From positions 107,136,001 to 107,200,000 of the forward strand of contig NC_079164.1 of NCBI RefSeq assembly GCF_947568905.1: a DNA stretch of 64,000 nt, read 5' to 3'. Position numbers and translations under genes: made by a program. Below the pieces are notes generated by a model that was not told the DNA's origin, ran no database searches, and saw nothing but the letters and a program-made list of their open reading frames with translations. Below are positions 1-26,587 of the stretch, piece by piece (position 1 is the first letter of the stretch; the number at the start of each line of letters is the position of its first letter). Source of the DNA: Ostrea edulis (Eukaryota).

Positions 1-10
1 TTTTCTGCAG

Positions 11-174
11 GATTTGAACCTATTTGTTATTATTGTGGTGATGATGATGGTCTTCAGGCATCTGATGATGATTATCCATTATGTTTGAAATGTAAAAATG
101 AAGGAAAGAAAGTTGTAAAGAGGCGTACACAGTACAAAATAAATTGTAAAATCAATTTGGTATACATTTTGTGA
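11..174 (+). mobile_element. Terminal exon of a probable DNA-transposon protein (CxxC...CxxC), possibly Zator-like, nested antisense in a TRAPPC8 intron
   Basis: Acceptor ttttctgcag at 1-10, then FEPICYYCGDDDGLQASDDDYPLCLKCKNEGKKVVKRRTQYKINCKINLVYIL with TGA at 172-174. A candidate element end ...tgtggCC lies at 367, followed by TAA. GG...CC termini with a TWA target are typical of Zator; the superfamily call is inference. Confidence 0.45.
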
Positions 175-611
175 AATTAAAAGATTAAATATTGTTTTGT
201 TTACTCATATTTTTATTAGCATTAACGGTGTAAAAATATAGAACAATTGTTATCAATCAAAAGAACGTGAAATGAATATTTTTAAAGAATAAAAAATAAA
301 ATCCACCCACCCACCCCATTTTTTTTGCAAATCAGGATGAGAATCTAAATAGTAATTTTATGTGGCCTAAAATGCATGTACATGCACGTATCTCAAATTT
401 TTTTCTCTGTAAATAAACACTCTACTTCATCTACTAAAGTGAAATATCAAATATTCTTTTTTTAAATAATGACTGCCATCATATTCATTCTTGCAAACCA
501 TGAGTTTCAGTCCACAATCTCCCTCCATTGTCGCAAATCACAGGTTTGAACACAATTGATTGCAATGGGTTACCAATCGTGTATTGTATCCCGTAACAGG
601 TTATAAAGTTC

Positions 612-621
612 AAAAGGATAC
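612..621 (-). other. U12-type (minor spliceosome) 5' splice site
   Basis: The intron after TRAPPC8 exon 3 begins GTATCCTTTT, matching the U12 consensus RTATCCTTT. Confidence 0.75.
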
Positions 622-3600
622 AACACAGGCAGTGGCTGAGAAACTCGTGATCACTTGGAGGTAGAACTTTCAGGAAAGTGTCTCGATAAGTTTCGTACCA
701 TGGTGTTGATGCTGAAACATGATAACACATCACAATATCACATCACAATATAGTTATTTTGAACTACTACATGTATATCATCATTCTAGATGCATCTGAC
801 TGACAAGAATTTATTTGATTCAATGAATTCCTCTCTACAGAATGATGGAATAACTTTAAAATTTGTTTTATACGTCATGAAAAACTTTAACATACATTCT
901 ATTATCTGCACATTACAGGAATGAAAGTACCTTGTAAAAAGTAAGAAAGTAACATGAAGTTTTCTGTTACACATTTTTGTCACATACTGTCAAGTGCAAG
1001 GGTTTTTGTTTTTAAACCCATTCCATACTCTTCCTCTAAAAGCTCTTGATTGCAGACAAGTTGGTCTGATCTTTCACTGTGATATCTGCGCAGAACAGAA
1101 ATGACTCCCCATTTTGCCTACCTGACAACTGTAAATCGTAACTCCCAAAGGTGACCACATTGCCCCTGCCTCCTTCCATCAGCTGGGGCTGGGAATTTGC
1201 CACCACATCGTTCATCATCTTCCGAGCTGTCACAGCCTGAGGAAGTTGCATGTTCATGTCCCTCATTGTAATCTTTAAATTCTTAATCGTGTGTGGAACA
1301 TTATTGGGATCCCGGATGTGAACTGAAAATAGAAAAAATCGTCATTATTGTACACATACATTGCTGAAAGGATGATTAACCACTTCTATACAATCACCTG
1401 AACTGAAAGGAAACTCAGATTTAGTATGTTTATAAGTATCTGTGAATAAAACAGCTCAAACAAAACTCTAAATTCAATGTTTTTCTGCGTTAAAAATACC
1501 GATCATGTAAAAGAAATGAATGATAATTACATATCTAATTCAACAGCCTAATTCAAACACTATCACTATATACAGTGTCACCTCAGTACATTGCCACCCT
1601 CTCATACTGCCATCTAAATGTGTAAGATGGATTTCCATTAACGCTAATAAACCCAATATAATGCAACACTAACCATCGCCATCCACCACCCATTTTCAGG
1701 TACGTATGGTCAAATTACCATTACCTTTCTATACAGCAACTAATTTGTTACTTATATTGCAATAAGCTTCACGAGATAATATTTGAGAAATCAAAAAAGT
1801 AAACTTTTTAAATGTCACATGATGGCCACTTGACTTCAGAGGTCAAAATCTTTGCCTATCAGGAAAAAACCTATTTTAATTGCAGATATAGAGATGGAGT
1901 CTAGGGCTGCAACGGGTACCCAAAATAACCGAAAACCGGGGGTCGTGTTGTTCGGGTCGGGTTTGGTTCCATTTTTCCGTATTTCGGTTCGGGTTTTTAA
2001 AATAGAATCATGTCGCCAACATCCTCAAAGGTGGCTGTATTTTGATCAATTGTTAAATGATGGCATTGTCGACAAAACTGTAAATAATGACAGTACATGT
2101 AAGATATGTCAAACGCATTGAAAATACGCCACAGGAGCAACATCGTCAATGACAAAACATTGAAAGCATGGATGGAAACGAGTAGAAGTGACAATGTTGT
2201 TTCTAGTACCATGGATGTCGAGTGTAAACCTCAGTCCACGTCCCCGAGTAATTATTGTGACAAAATACAATAAAGGTTTCTAATTTTAACTGTATATTAG
2301 ATTCTTAAAATAGTTATATAGACCCGAACCGAAATACCTGAACCCGAAGTAAAATTTTTTAGAACCGACCCGACCCGAAAATTTTTTGAACCTTGACAGT
2401 CCTAATGAAGTCCAAGGTTGGCCTACTCCAAATAATTTTTCACTCATCCATCAAGTTTTTGATGGCATTGGCTTCCTGTACACCAACTTTTATTTTATAT
2501 ATTCGAGAGCCTCTTCATCACGAATATTTCTCGCTGCGAACCAGATCTTTCGTGTTTCGTGTACGTTTAAGATTATCTTGGTCGCAAAAATTAGTCGCCA
2601 TGAACCGGTTCCTCACTGGAAAACCACGAAATATAGTTGTCGCGAATAAAAGTCGGTTTACACTTCACACAGATAGAAGTTGAAAGAAAGCTACTGTTAT
2701 ACAATATCACATGTATATGAAAAAATACATAAAATATAAAAACTAGATAGCAATTGTCTTTGTTTTCTTTAGACCAGTAAATTCACGTTCAGTCTAGTAA
2801 GCATTCCACTCCTACAAGTACAATGGTCTGAAAAGCTTTTTGTGAAGACTGCATGAAGGAAAAAAAAAGTGTCTCACAAACTAGTAGTTTGTTTTTAAAC
2901 TACTCTACCTCGAAATCTACAAATTTTCCAAACAATTTTAAGATCTCAAAGATTTTCAAAACCAAATTTTAAAAAAAAACTGTCGATGAATTCAACTTAC
3001 TTAAGCAATGCATACAGATTTAATAAAACAATGATTAACAACAATAATGAACAAAATAGAAAAAAGCAAATACTGAATTTTATTTCATAATTTCAACTAA
3101 AATAGATTATAAAAATTGCTCAATTTAATGATTAAATATGAAATTCCATGACTTTCACCAAGGGCGCAAAGATTAAATGCGAGACAGTATATCACTGTAA
3201 TATTATGCTTAGGTTCGATTCACAATAATTTACACTATACCACAGTTCGGTATTCTCCGTTTGAATTAATTTGAACAGTCCAATTTGGCTTAAAGATTAT
3301 GTTGTAAAATGGTTTCCTGTAATGGAAAACCTGGTGCTAACTGTGCTACTGAATTATTTCTTGCCCTGCAACCCATTAAGCTCCAATATTGAAGCATTTT
3401 CATTGGATGTCAAGTTGAAACAGTAAGGTGCAATTAACCTGGACAACCAGTGTATTTTCATTTGTTATTATTCATAGCATGTTAAAAGTATTATATGTAT
3501 CACATCGTCAAAAAAAAAAATGTATCATATCGTGAATTATTGTCAGGTACCTCTGCATCATACTATGTATCATAAGGCAAGGGTATCGTCAGTATCGTTG

Positions 3601-4240
3601 CACCCCTAACTTTCACACACTCCATCTTATTTCTCTTGACCAAAGTGAACTCAAAAACCTTTACATGACCTGTACAAAGCATGGTATCTTATGTAAATGC
3701 AGAGTATGCTTGTCCAAATGTCTGATTAAATGTTCAAGCCACTCAACATGAATTATTAACACACTTTGAGAGAAAAGTTGGTTTCTTTTGTTTGGAAACA
3801 AAACTCCAGACAATTCATTATCTAGAGTCATGGCAATGCCAATGGCCAACATAAATATATACCTATTTCTAGGCTGCAAAGCAAATTACAAAAAAAAGTG
3901 CCATAAAGCTAGAAGTTTCAAGAAATGAGATAACACCTTTACGGTTACGAGAACGGTGAGGGGGGGTCCGCCCACTTTTCAAGGTAACCATACATTCTCC
4001 TTTTTCAATGGTAAACATAGGCTCACCTCCTAAACTATGCATTGATAATCTATTTCTGAGAAAACGCAAACAAAAGAAAATACCCTCTGTTGTAAGACGA
4101 CAGAACGGCTGCACCAACTCCACAAATGACAAGTTGTTCTTGTGACACAACAACTCAGCATCCGGACTGCACAGAACAGCCACGGCAGGGCTGAACGTGT
4201 TCTGGATAAATTCGTGGGCAGTTTGTTTACACTGAGCCAT
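622..4240 (-). CDS. TRAPPC8: Trafficking protein particle complex subunit 8, coding exons 1-3 (gene runs off the left edge)
   Basis: Exons 4240-4084, 1322-1122 and 711-622 join in phase: MAQCKQTAHEFIQNTFSPAVAVLCS...VHIRDPNN...ASTPWYETYRDTFLKVLPPSDHEFLSHCLC. This matches the recalled vertebrate TRAPPC8 N-terminus (MAQCVQSVQELIPDSFVPCVAALCS; TPWFESYRETFL). Confidence 0.95.
1902..2404. mobile_element. Non-autonomous hAT-type MITE
   Basis: Imperfect TIRs tagggctgcaac / ttgacagtccta, subterminal (A)ACCGA/CCCGA clusters at both ends, and an 8-bp TSD ATGGAGTC (1894-1901) / ATGAAGTC (2405-2412). Confidence 0.8.
3495..3608. mobile_element. Right-end remnant of a hAT-type MITE
   Basis: Ends tatcgttgcaccccta, whose reverse complement taggggtgcaacgata resembles the left TIR at 1902; tatcgt/tatcat subterminal motifs are present. 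Confidence 0.45.
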
Positions 4241-4319
4241 GACTTTAATAAATAGAGTCCAACTTCTGATAATGCATCAATCAATTTCGTAATTTATGAA
4301 CCAGTGATTCTCTTCAGCT

Positions 4320-4327
4320 GCCATCTT
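4320..4327 (-). promoter_or_regulatory. YY1-like motif AAGATGGC about 80 nt upstream of the TRAPPC8 ATG
   Basis: Similar AA(A/T)ATGGC motifs sit at the starts of the orphan gene (30847-30856) and RANBP9/10 (60968-60977). Motif match only. Confidence 0.35.
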
Positions 4328-4745
4328 GCTGTTGAACATGCGCTTGGAACTATTTCCGCTAAAGGGAGACGACTAAAAAAAATTGAATTTGGCGGATCAT
4401 AAAGTTCAAACAAAAAAAAATCATATTACCAGATACACACGAAAATACAAAAATAGGGTGGGGTCATTTAAAAATCTTCTTGTCAAGATCCACTGGGTTT
4501 AGAAAAGTTCAAATTTATATACATGAAGCTTTCTGACATATATAACTTAATATTGAAAATTCAAGTTTGTTAAAATCGGGGAGTATAGGGTGGGCTGGTC
4601 ACACAATCAAAGTTTTACATGCAAGTATGTAGGGGAAATCTTTAAAATTCTTCCTCTCAAGAAAAACTGGGCCAGAAGAGTTGACATTTATATGAAAGTT
4701 TGAATCCCGACATATAGTGCAGATGATCGATTCAAATCATGCCAG

Positions 4746-4781
<36 letters not shown>

Positions 4782-5717
4782 GGTAGCTGGGGCAACAATA
4801 GGGGGTCAAAGTTTTACATGCAAATATATAGGGAAAATCTTTAAAACTCTTCTTTTTAAGAACCACTGGGCCAGAAGAGTTCAAATTTACATGAAAGCTT
4901 AATTCCTGACATGCATGTTTGTTCAAATCAAATCCCCTGGGGATAGGGCACGGTCATAGAGTCCACAAGGGGGGATCAAAGTTTTACATTCATGTATATA
5001 GGGAAAATCTTTTAAAATTAATCTTCTCAAAAACCACTGGGCCAGAAAAGTTCAAATTTACATGAAAGCTTCCTGAGTAGATCCAAGTTTGTGCAATTCG
5101 ATCATGGTCCCTGGGTGTAGGGTATGACCACAATAGGAGATCAAAGTGTTATATGCTGATGTATGGAGAAAATCTTTTAAAATATCTCTTTAACTGTGCC
5201 AACATGCTTGGTGAATCAATAAATAATTGAAATTGAATTAACTATCTAAGCTAGGGTTTTCATATTTTGTATATACATGCATTCTTTACGGAAAGACCTC
5301 TCATGTGATGCAATGGTGTATGATCTTGTGACCTGGAAGTTCGACCTACTTTTAACAAAAAATCTTACCTATAGATACAATATGTGTCCTGAACTATTTA
5401 AGGTACAGATCTTTCATATCTATGAATATTTCTTATGGCGGCAAGACCTTTCATTTCATATCATATGATATATGACCTTGAACTCAGAGTTTGATCCACT
5501 AGCTTTTAAGAAAACATAACCTATTGAATATATTCGGAACCATTTTAGATGGGACTTTCACTTTTTGTATATAGATTCTTTACAGTAAGACCTTGTATAC
5601 ATTGGCGTTTAATCTTTTAACCTTGGAGTTTTACCTACTTTTTATATAAAAAATTCCTGACCTATTCAATATCTCCAGTAGGGCTTTCATATCTTGTATG
5701 TAGGTTCGGTCTTTATC

Positions 5718-5984
5718 CTACCTATCCTCTTCGTGCCCAGTGGCACATAAGGCTGATACCAGATCCCTCCATTTATTTCTATCCATAGCCATCTTTTCTA
5801 CTTCCTTCCAGGTTTTTCCCATCTTCTTTATATCACTTTCTATATTCCTTCTCCATGTCTCTCTAGGTCTTCCTCTGCTTCTCTTTCCTTCTGCTGGAGT
5901 CCATTTAAGTGCTGTTTTTGTGATGGATTCGTTTCCTTTACTGATGACATGACCAAGCCATCTAAACTGTCTTTGTTTAATCAT
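5718..5984 (-). mobile_element. 3' fragment of an RTE-clade LINE
   Basis: RWLGHVISK...WTPAEGKRSRGRPRETWRRNIE...DRNKWRDLVSALC is the typical RTE ORF2 C-terminus. Confidence 0.85.
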
Positions 5985-6240
5985 GCATTGTGATTAGATC
6001 TTTATGGCAAGATCTTATTATTTCGTGAAGCTTGACCTTGACATTTAACCTACTTTTAATAAAAAATCTTACCCATTTGATATCTCCTAAACTATTTAAA
6101 ATAGAGATTTCATATTCTGTATATAGATTTCATATGGCAAGGTCTTTCATATCATACCTTGATCAATGACCTTGTAACCTTGGTATTATCCAGAACAGCA
6201 AGATCATGTTAGTCATATTGGTTATGAGGCATCTCTGTGT

Positions 6241-6499
6241 TATGTAAGTTCATCTTCACTTATGATGTAAGTTCATCTTCACTTATGATGTAAGTTCATC
6301 TTCACTTATGATGTAAGTTCATCTTCACTTATGATGCAAGTTCATCTTCACTTATGATGTAAGTTCATCTTCACTTATGATGCAAGTTCATCTTCACTTA
6401 TGATGTAAGTTCATCTTCACTTATGATGTAAGTTCATCTTCACTTATGATGCAAGTTCATCTTCACTTATGATGTAAGTTCATCTTCACTTATGATGTG
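6241..6499. repeat. 23-bp minisatellite, about 11 copies
   Basis: Unit tatgatgtaagttcatcttcact. Confidence 0.95.
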
Positions 6500-7664
6500 A
6501 TCCTTTGGAGCTATAGGTTGGGGCACTAGTATGGGGTCAAAAATTTTCATGGGAATTAATAAAAATTGAGAGAGAAAAAAATCTTTTCAAAATCCCAACA
6601 GCTGAACAATGGCAGTGCCAATGTGACTCAGGTGAGTGATGTGGCCCATGGACCTCTTGTAATTCAAGCAATTTTTATGTAGTAACCTATTTATACTGGT
6701 TAAAGCAGTATGTAGTCTCTTTTCCTTCACAACAATATCACGCCTCAGTCTATTAATTGTTCATTTCTGTGTAATCATATGCTTGTATATCATCAAAAAA
6801 TTAATTAAATTATGTTCCCCATGCAGCTACTTTCACTAAACATCTACTTTGAATAACATGATATGTTTTATTCACTAAACCCAGAGACCAACATATTGCC
6901 TCTTACTATGCAGCACTGCACCCTCAGATAGCCATGTCTAATTTTTACACATTATGACTTCAATAAATTAAGAGACAAAAGTATCAAGTGTACGTGTATA
7001 CTACAAATGTGTCTGTTATAAACACCTAATGTTTTCTTTACTGCGATAAGGAATGATGACTAATTCCCATACATGCTCTAGGGAAACCTTGGAAGCTCAA
7101 AATCAATAGCTTATCATGAATAGGGTCTAACTGGGTGTTGCTAATAGTTTTATCAGCTATACTGTCCAATATTTGCAACTCTTCTCTGCCAGTTTTATTG
7201 ACATCGTTATTGATAAAAATGTAATCCAACAGATTACTAAAGCAAAAAATGAAGATCATCACTTTGTCATCCAAGAGCCTTAACAATCAGCTGATTATCA
7301 TGTAGCACTCAGAAGTGTTGTGTACTATCTTTAAAACTCCCGAGAACTTTAGATGTCCTCCCAGTAAAAAGAGTGTTCTTTAGTTTCTAGTCATAAGCAA
7401 CCTCTGTACCAAGTATGAGCAGTAGCAAATATCTCTCAATTGATGACTAAAGCTGTGCAGGCCAGACAAATACTTTGTTTTAGCTCAACTCTACCATGAT
7501 AATTTATTTGTAAATATCCAGACAGTATATAATCCAAATCAAATACCGTTCAGAAGTGGATTTGGAAATACATGAAAAAAATTTCTTTTGAAAATAATGA
7601 CCTTGACCTTAGTCAAATGACCATGTTTCAGGGTCATGACACACTCTCCAGTTATAAATCTGAG

Positions 7665-7950
7665 GTGTTTAAGAATTGTTCACTCATGTATAGAGATCAC
7701 CAGCTGTAGGTGAAGCACCACAAATTTTGACCTATGCATGGAGTTCAGGACCGTAGCAGTGAGAATTCTTCATCATTCCAACACCCAATGCATCGGGGAC
7801 CTCCGAAAAACTTTCACTCTTATCGATATAATGCTGAGCACTTGGCGAAGGAACAGTCACTTATACCTGAAAGTCTTTTCGGTTGGAGGATGCAGTGGGA
7901 TGGAGAATCTAACCCGGGCTTTCTGGTTAAGAGGCTCAAGATGTAAATGC
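7665..7950 (-). mobile_element. tRNA-derived SINE (oyster type)
   Basis: Minus strand has a tRNA-like head (gcccgggttagattctcc) and the body ctcactgctacggtcctgaac...cttcacctacagctggtgatctc, recognised as a common bivalve SINE 3' half. Confidence 0.6.
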
Positions 7951-10704
7951 ATTTTCAGTTTATGATCTTATGAACCATATACTCCTATCCTTGGGCTGGA
8001 AACGAATAATCTAGGGGATGCTCAATACATGAATAAATATGCACTATTTTGTTTCCTTGATGTTCATAAGTAAAGAAGATACTTCGACATTTAATGCATA
8101 TTCACATGATCCATGTAGCCCTGCTCCTGGTTGAAGACTTCATGCTCAGTGTAACTACTCAGTATGACTTTATTTAGGTGCCGTGCAGGAGTAAAGATTT
8201 TCAAAGATTGTAATAGTTTTAGAGGTTTCAGTCCTACCCCTAGTTCCAAAAGGACAGGGACCAAACGAGTCACAATTGTTGTTTCTTTACCCCAAAAATG
8301 TTCTAATGTGCCATATCAATTTTGGGGAAATGGTATTTAAAAAGTAAAACATGTTCACAAGTTAAAAGCAGACAGGCATGGATAGCAATACTGAATAGGT
8401 CATTTATGCAACTCAGGTGACTGAAATATACAAATACATGAACTGTGCTTTTTAAGTGCTTCAAGGAACACACAAGTTGCCTATAAAGGCATCATTATAA
8501 TCATGGAATACTATCTGGAATGAGCCTTACCCAAGGAATCCACAAAGCACACACCCAGATGTCAGTATGCATTACAAATTATACAAAAACTAGAAACACA
8601 TGTATGAAAATTTTCAAAAATACTTTATTTTCATTGCATCAAATGGCTTAATCGATGGGGGTGGGGGAGGGATGAGTGAGATGAAGCATGACATTCCCTA
8701 TTCACTCTGAATTACAACTTTCATTTTTATAATTACCCCTACCAATGAAGTTATGAGCATTCAGAGCTTATATATCATTCATGTGTCTATATTTACATTT
8801 CCAATGTTTTTGCCTTCAATACCAATTGAAAAAATAATAAGAAGAAGAAACAGAGTAAAAACAATATGTTCCCAAACTTTGTTTGGGGAACATAATGATA
8901 GCCATTTCCTCATGAATGTGAACAATGTGCATATGAATCTTTAAAATACAATACAACTTATCTATTAAAAGGTTGGGAATTTCAATGGAAATGAAAGTAA
9001 AATGTAAATATAAAAAATGAATTTCATTTTTAACATGCTTCACAAAGTATGATGGTGTAAAGCATCCCAGTTCATGTAAATTTTAAAAATCAAAATTTAT
9101 TTCTTAATTATCAATGGACATGAAGAGACTTTGGAAAAGATGAGTCTTGTTCTCGTTTAAAATGATTTGGGTGTGGCAGATGTGTGGCACTACTTAAGTG
9201 CCTTTTTGTAAATAAACTCTGCAACTTCTTTAAGATTTAAAATTCAAATTATGTCACAAAACAACCAATCAAATGGTAAAAACTTAAAACTACATATACA
9301 CTAGAAAATTGTAAATCATTACATCTGAGATGTTTGTACCACAATATATTTGTAGATCACAAAAATTCCTTCATTTATCTCGGTACAATTGCGAATGTCA
9401 AGAAATACATTTTAATCATGCATGTACATGTATTCTATTCTTGTGGAGGAATTATAAAAATTTAAAAATATATGTAAATTACTACTCTAATACAGAGCTT
9501 TACCATGATGCTACGTATACATGTTGTGTACATGGAGTTTAGAGGTGGGATTTTCTCAAATAAATACAGTAAAGGTCCTTTAGGAAATCATCATTTACAC
9601 AAAAATGTACTTTATTATGCACATGTATTGCAGACTATTAAAGATGTACAAAATATGAGACAATAAACAAAATCCAAAAACATGTTTGTACTTGGAAATG
9701 TTAATAAGTTAAAACTTATTGATACACACCTAGCTTGCACACAAGAACACATGTATAAACTAGCTACATTGCCTCCTAAATCAAACGTCTACAGTAAAAC
9801 AACACATCAGACACATATATAAACACACCACTGTCTCACCACATTCTGGACATTGTGTGATAACCTATGTACCAATTAAAAATAAATAAATAAAAATGTA
9901 TGGCCATTATGTTGTACCAATTAAAAATAAATAAAAATGTATGGCCATTATGTTGTACATGTGTACCTGTCCTATGAAAAATGAATGCTTTAATAAAACT
10001 CGTTATAACACTATAAATATACATTTTTAAAATGTATATATCTGAAAACAACTTGTATGGTATCCTCAGTCACCTGTATCCTTATAAACAAGTTTCTTAT
10101 CTGTATCGTCAATTGCTGTGTGGATTTCATATTCTACTTTGACAAAAAGAAATTGAATCTTTGGTTTCTTTCACAAATATAATCATAAGTACATGTAGCT
10201 GATGAAACTTGTGCAAAACATCAAATATTGCTTGAAATTTTATTTTGTCTATCAAAGAGACCTCAATGCTACAGTTTTCAGGGTAAAGGGACATTTATCC
10301 TTAGTCATGATTAATGATATTGGACTAGTTTTCATCATCACTCATTATAACAAACATTATTCCTCCAATCTCACTTCTATGGACTATTTTCACTCATTAC
10401 ATATATCTTTTAAAGCGGAATGACATAAATATACCAACCTGTACAAACATTTACACAAAGGAATGGAATTTAATGATTATAACAAGATTACTTTTTGACA
10501 TTCATTATCAAAATGAGTTTTTCCTGATCATAAAAAAAACAATAAAAAAAAATACATTTCATTCAATTATCAATAATATCAATATCACAAATAGGCATTG
10601 CATATTTACTGTTAGTTTTTATTTCTTTTGACGAGGAAGAAAGGGACAATTCAAACGTTGTTACTGGATCCTTTAATATTTTTGGCAACTAGGAATAACT
10701 TGTG

Positions 10705-24233
<13,529 letters not shown>

Positions 24234-24403
24234 GGCTTAAAATCAAAGATTTCATAATCTGAATTCAGGGTCCTCTGTCTCATCCATTGTGCAGAAATTT
24301 CCCTATTCTCCGAACCTAAAACAGAAAGTAATTGTGGTTTGGACAAATCCAATCATGTTTCATGTGAATAAGCACTTGCTCCTCCATCTTAAACTTAGGA
24401 ATC

Positions 24404-24650
24404 CCTCTCCTCAATATAACTGTAAAGTGTTACTGTTAGGCCATTAGATCAACCTCTCCTCAATATAACTGTAAAGTGTTACTGTTAGGCCATTAGATCA
24501 ACCTCTCCTCAATATAACTGTAAAGTGTTACCGTTTGGCCATTAGATCAACCTCTCCTCAATATAACTGTAAAGTGTTACTGTTAGACCATTAGATCACA
24601 CTCTCCTCAATATAACTGTAAAGTGTTACTGTTAGGCCATTAGATCAACT
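24404..24650. repeat. 49-bp minisatellite upstream of the first MBTPS1 coding exon, 5 copies
   Basis: Unit caacctctcctcaatataactgtaaagtgttactgttaggccattagat. Confidence 0.93.
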
Positions 24651-26119
24651 TGAACTGACAATCATTAGCATAGTTGAAATATGAAATTTCAGACAATACT
24701 AAAAAGTTGATAGGCCTTACAAATAATTGGTTGAAAAAGTGCATATTTCTATTAAAATAAAACATGCAGACAGACTATAAATATTCTATGAAATTAAAAA
24801 GATTATGAAAGGGTTATGAAAATCTGTTATTTGATTGATAATTTTCATTCAGATCAGATGGAGTTATATACTACAAAATTTATTTTAATTACTGGAATTA
24901 ACTTTTATAAAGAAGATTAAATGAAAAATCATAGTGCATCTAATAATTCAAATTCATTTCAGCCTACATACCACATTGTAAAATAAGCCTGATTCCACAT
25001 CTATTCAAATGCTTACAAGGTGACAGATCATTTTTGCTAACAATCATCCCTCCCCAAATCCCAAATATTTTAAGCATGTGTCATTAACATTTTTTTAAAT
25101 CCAAAATTGTGTAATCAACCTAGTGTAGATAAAGCCGTTTTACCAGTTATGAATGTTTGCCAGTAATGAAAAATTCTATTTTCAGATATTATAGAAATGA
25201 TATAGTTTCAGATTTAAACCCATCTTATTGGGTAAATCCATTACAGAGATGGATTTGCTACATGTCTGCAGTATTTTGTCATAAACACACTGTTTACAAT
25301 TTAAAGTGATGATCTAGATTTCAGTCAGGGATATGCAAGTCATACAAACCGAAAATATGTGAATATAGATATTACAAAGTTTGAGAAAACCTATCCTAAT
25401 TTTACTTTGGATGATTGTTTTTGGCCTTATTTATACATTTTAAATTATTTCATAGTCATTGTTTAAAAAATAATGTTTCATTTCTTGTAAGCCAATTGGT
25501 ACCCTGTGTCCCAAGTTTTCCTCACAGCCTCCAGTGCAAGAAAAAAAGGTGGTGGAGTTTTCATACCATATGTAAATTTGACCTTGTTCAATTTGTGAAA
25601 AGAACATTGACTGCAGCTGTAAGCAATAAGTCAGAGAAGGATGCGATGAGTATTCAGTGAAAAGTATAATGATCTCAATATCCCAACATCATTGCTTTTC
25701 AAATTTTTAAAGGCCCAGGGGTAATTGATTTATTAATAACTGAATTATTACTGTTGCAAAGGTTGGTGGATCCTGGTGTTATGTTAAATCTTTATTGAAT
25801 TATACTTTGCAAATAAAATAAGTATATTTTTCATCGGAAACTTACTCACTTTATAAAATTTAAATATTGGTAAACTATTGATAGTGAAAAAATTCATATT
25901 TTCCATAGATATTCAATTATTTATAATATTAAAAAAAATGTTGTCAAGGACAATAACTCTGGTATTTCCTCTACTGTATGTATATCATACAATGTTTTCT
26001 CTAACATCCACCATTAAATTTATACATATTTATGAACAAGCAGTTTTTATAAACTACTGACATTAAAACATGTTCATTTTAACAAATCTTTTATCTTTAT
26101 TAATAATTATTCTATTTTA

Positions 26120-26315
26120 CAAAAATGTGTGATTTTCTGATCTTGACATATACTTCTGTTTTTGTATGTCTGACATCTTAAAAAAGGTGGCAACATACAA
26201 ATTTTCTTTCGTTATTAATTAAATAAAACTATATTGAGTGGAAATTAATAGTTTTTCCACTTTCAACCATTAAAATTGATAAGTCACATAAGGGTGGAAT
26301 TACCTTAATTTCAAG
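26120..26315. repeat. Dispersed repeat (probable MITE end) with a second copy at 57825-58003
   Basis: Shared ttgtatgtctgacatct...aaaaag(g/a)tggcaacata...aaccatt...aattgat...accttaatt; both copies end in TTAA. Confidence 0.55.
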
Positions 26316-26341
26316 TTTCATTATTATTTTATGTTAATACT

Positions 26342-26587
26342 ACAAACCAGAATATGAAAATAAAATAATGAAATGCATGCATTTTTATGATACATTTCTT
26401 TCTATAATAATATATATAACAATCTTCATTTTTAAAGTTGGACATACAAAAAACAATGCTATACACTTGCTATTTACAGACTTGCACATATGTTGGCACT
26501 AGGGGGTCATTTGTGGGAGAAAACCAGAGTACCCATAGGAAACCCACATGTCTGAGCGTGCAAACACTATACCCTCTCACATACAAC
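26342..26587. repeat. 246-bp direct duplication (second copy 28360-28605) flanking a LINE
   Basis: acaaaccagaatatgaaaat...ccctctcacatacaac; the two copies appear identical by eye. Confidence 0.9.

Larger units (their letters stand above)
4440..6662. mobile_element. Cluster of Helentron-derived non-autonomous (HINE-like) elements with about 160-170 bp internal tandem monomers
   Basis: Repeated ccactgggccagaaaagttcaaatttacatgaaagc...gatcaaagttttacat monomers at 4470-5170, reverse-oriented ttgacctt monomers at 5300-6180, and a right end ggtgagtgatgtggcccatggacctcttgt at about 6631-6660. Resembles the satellite-carrying HINEs of Pacific oyster. Confidence 0.6.

Noticed and set aside
4717-4926. 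Poly-Pro and poly-Gly ORFs
   Set aside because: They come from a C33 homopolymer inside a HINE-like repeat; similar G/C runs occur at 48809, 56858, 58138 and 63878.
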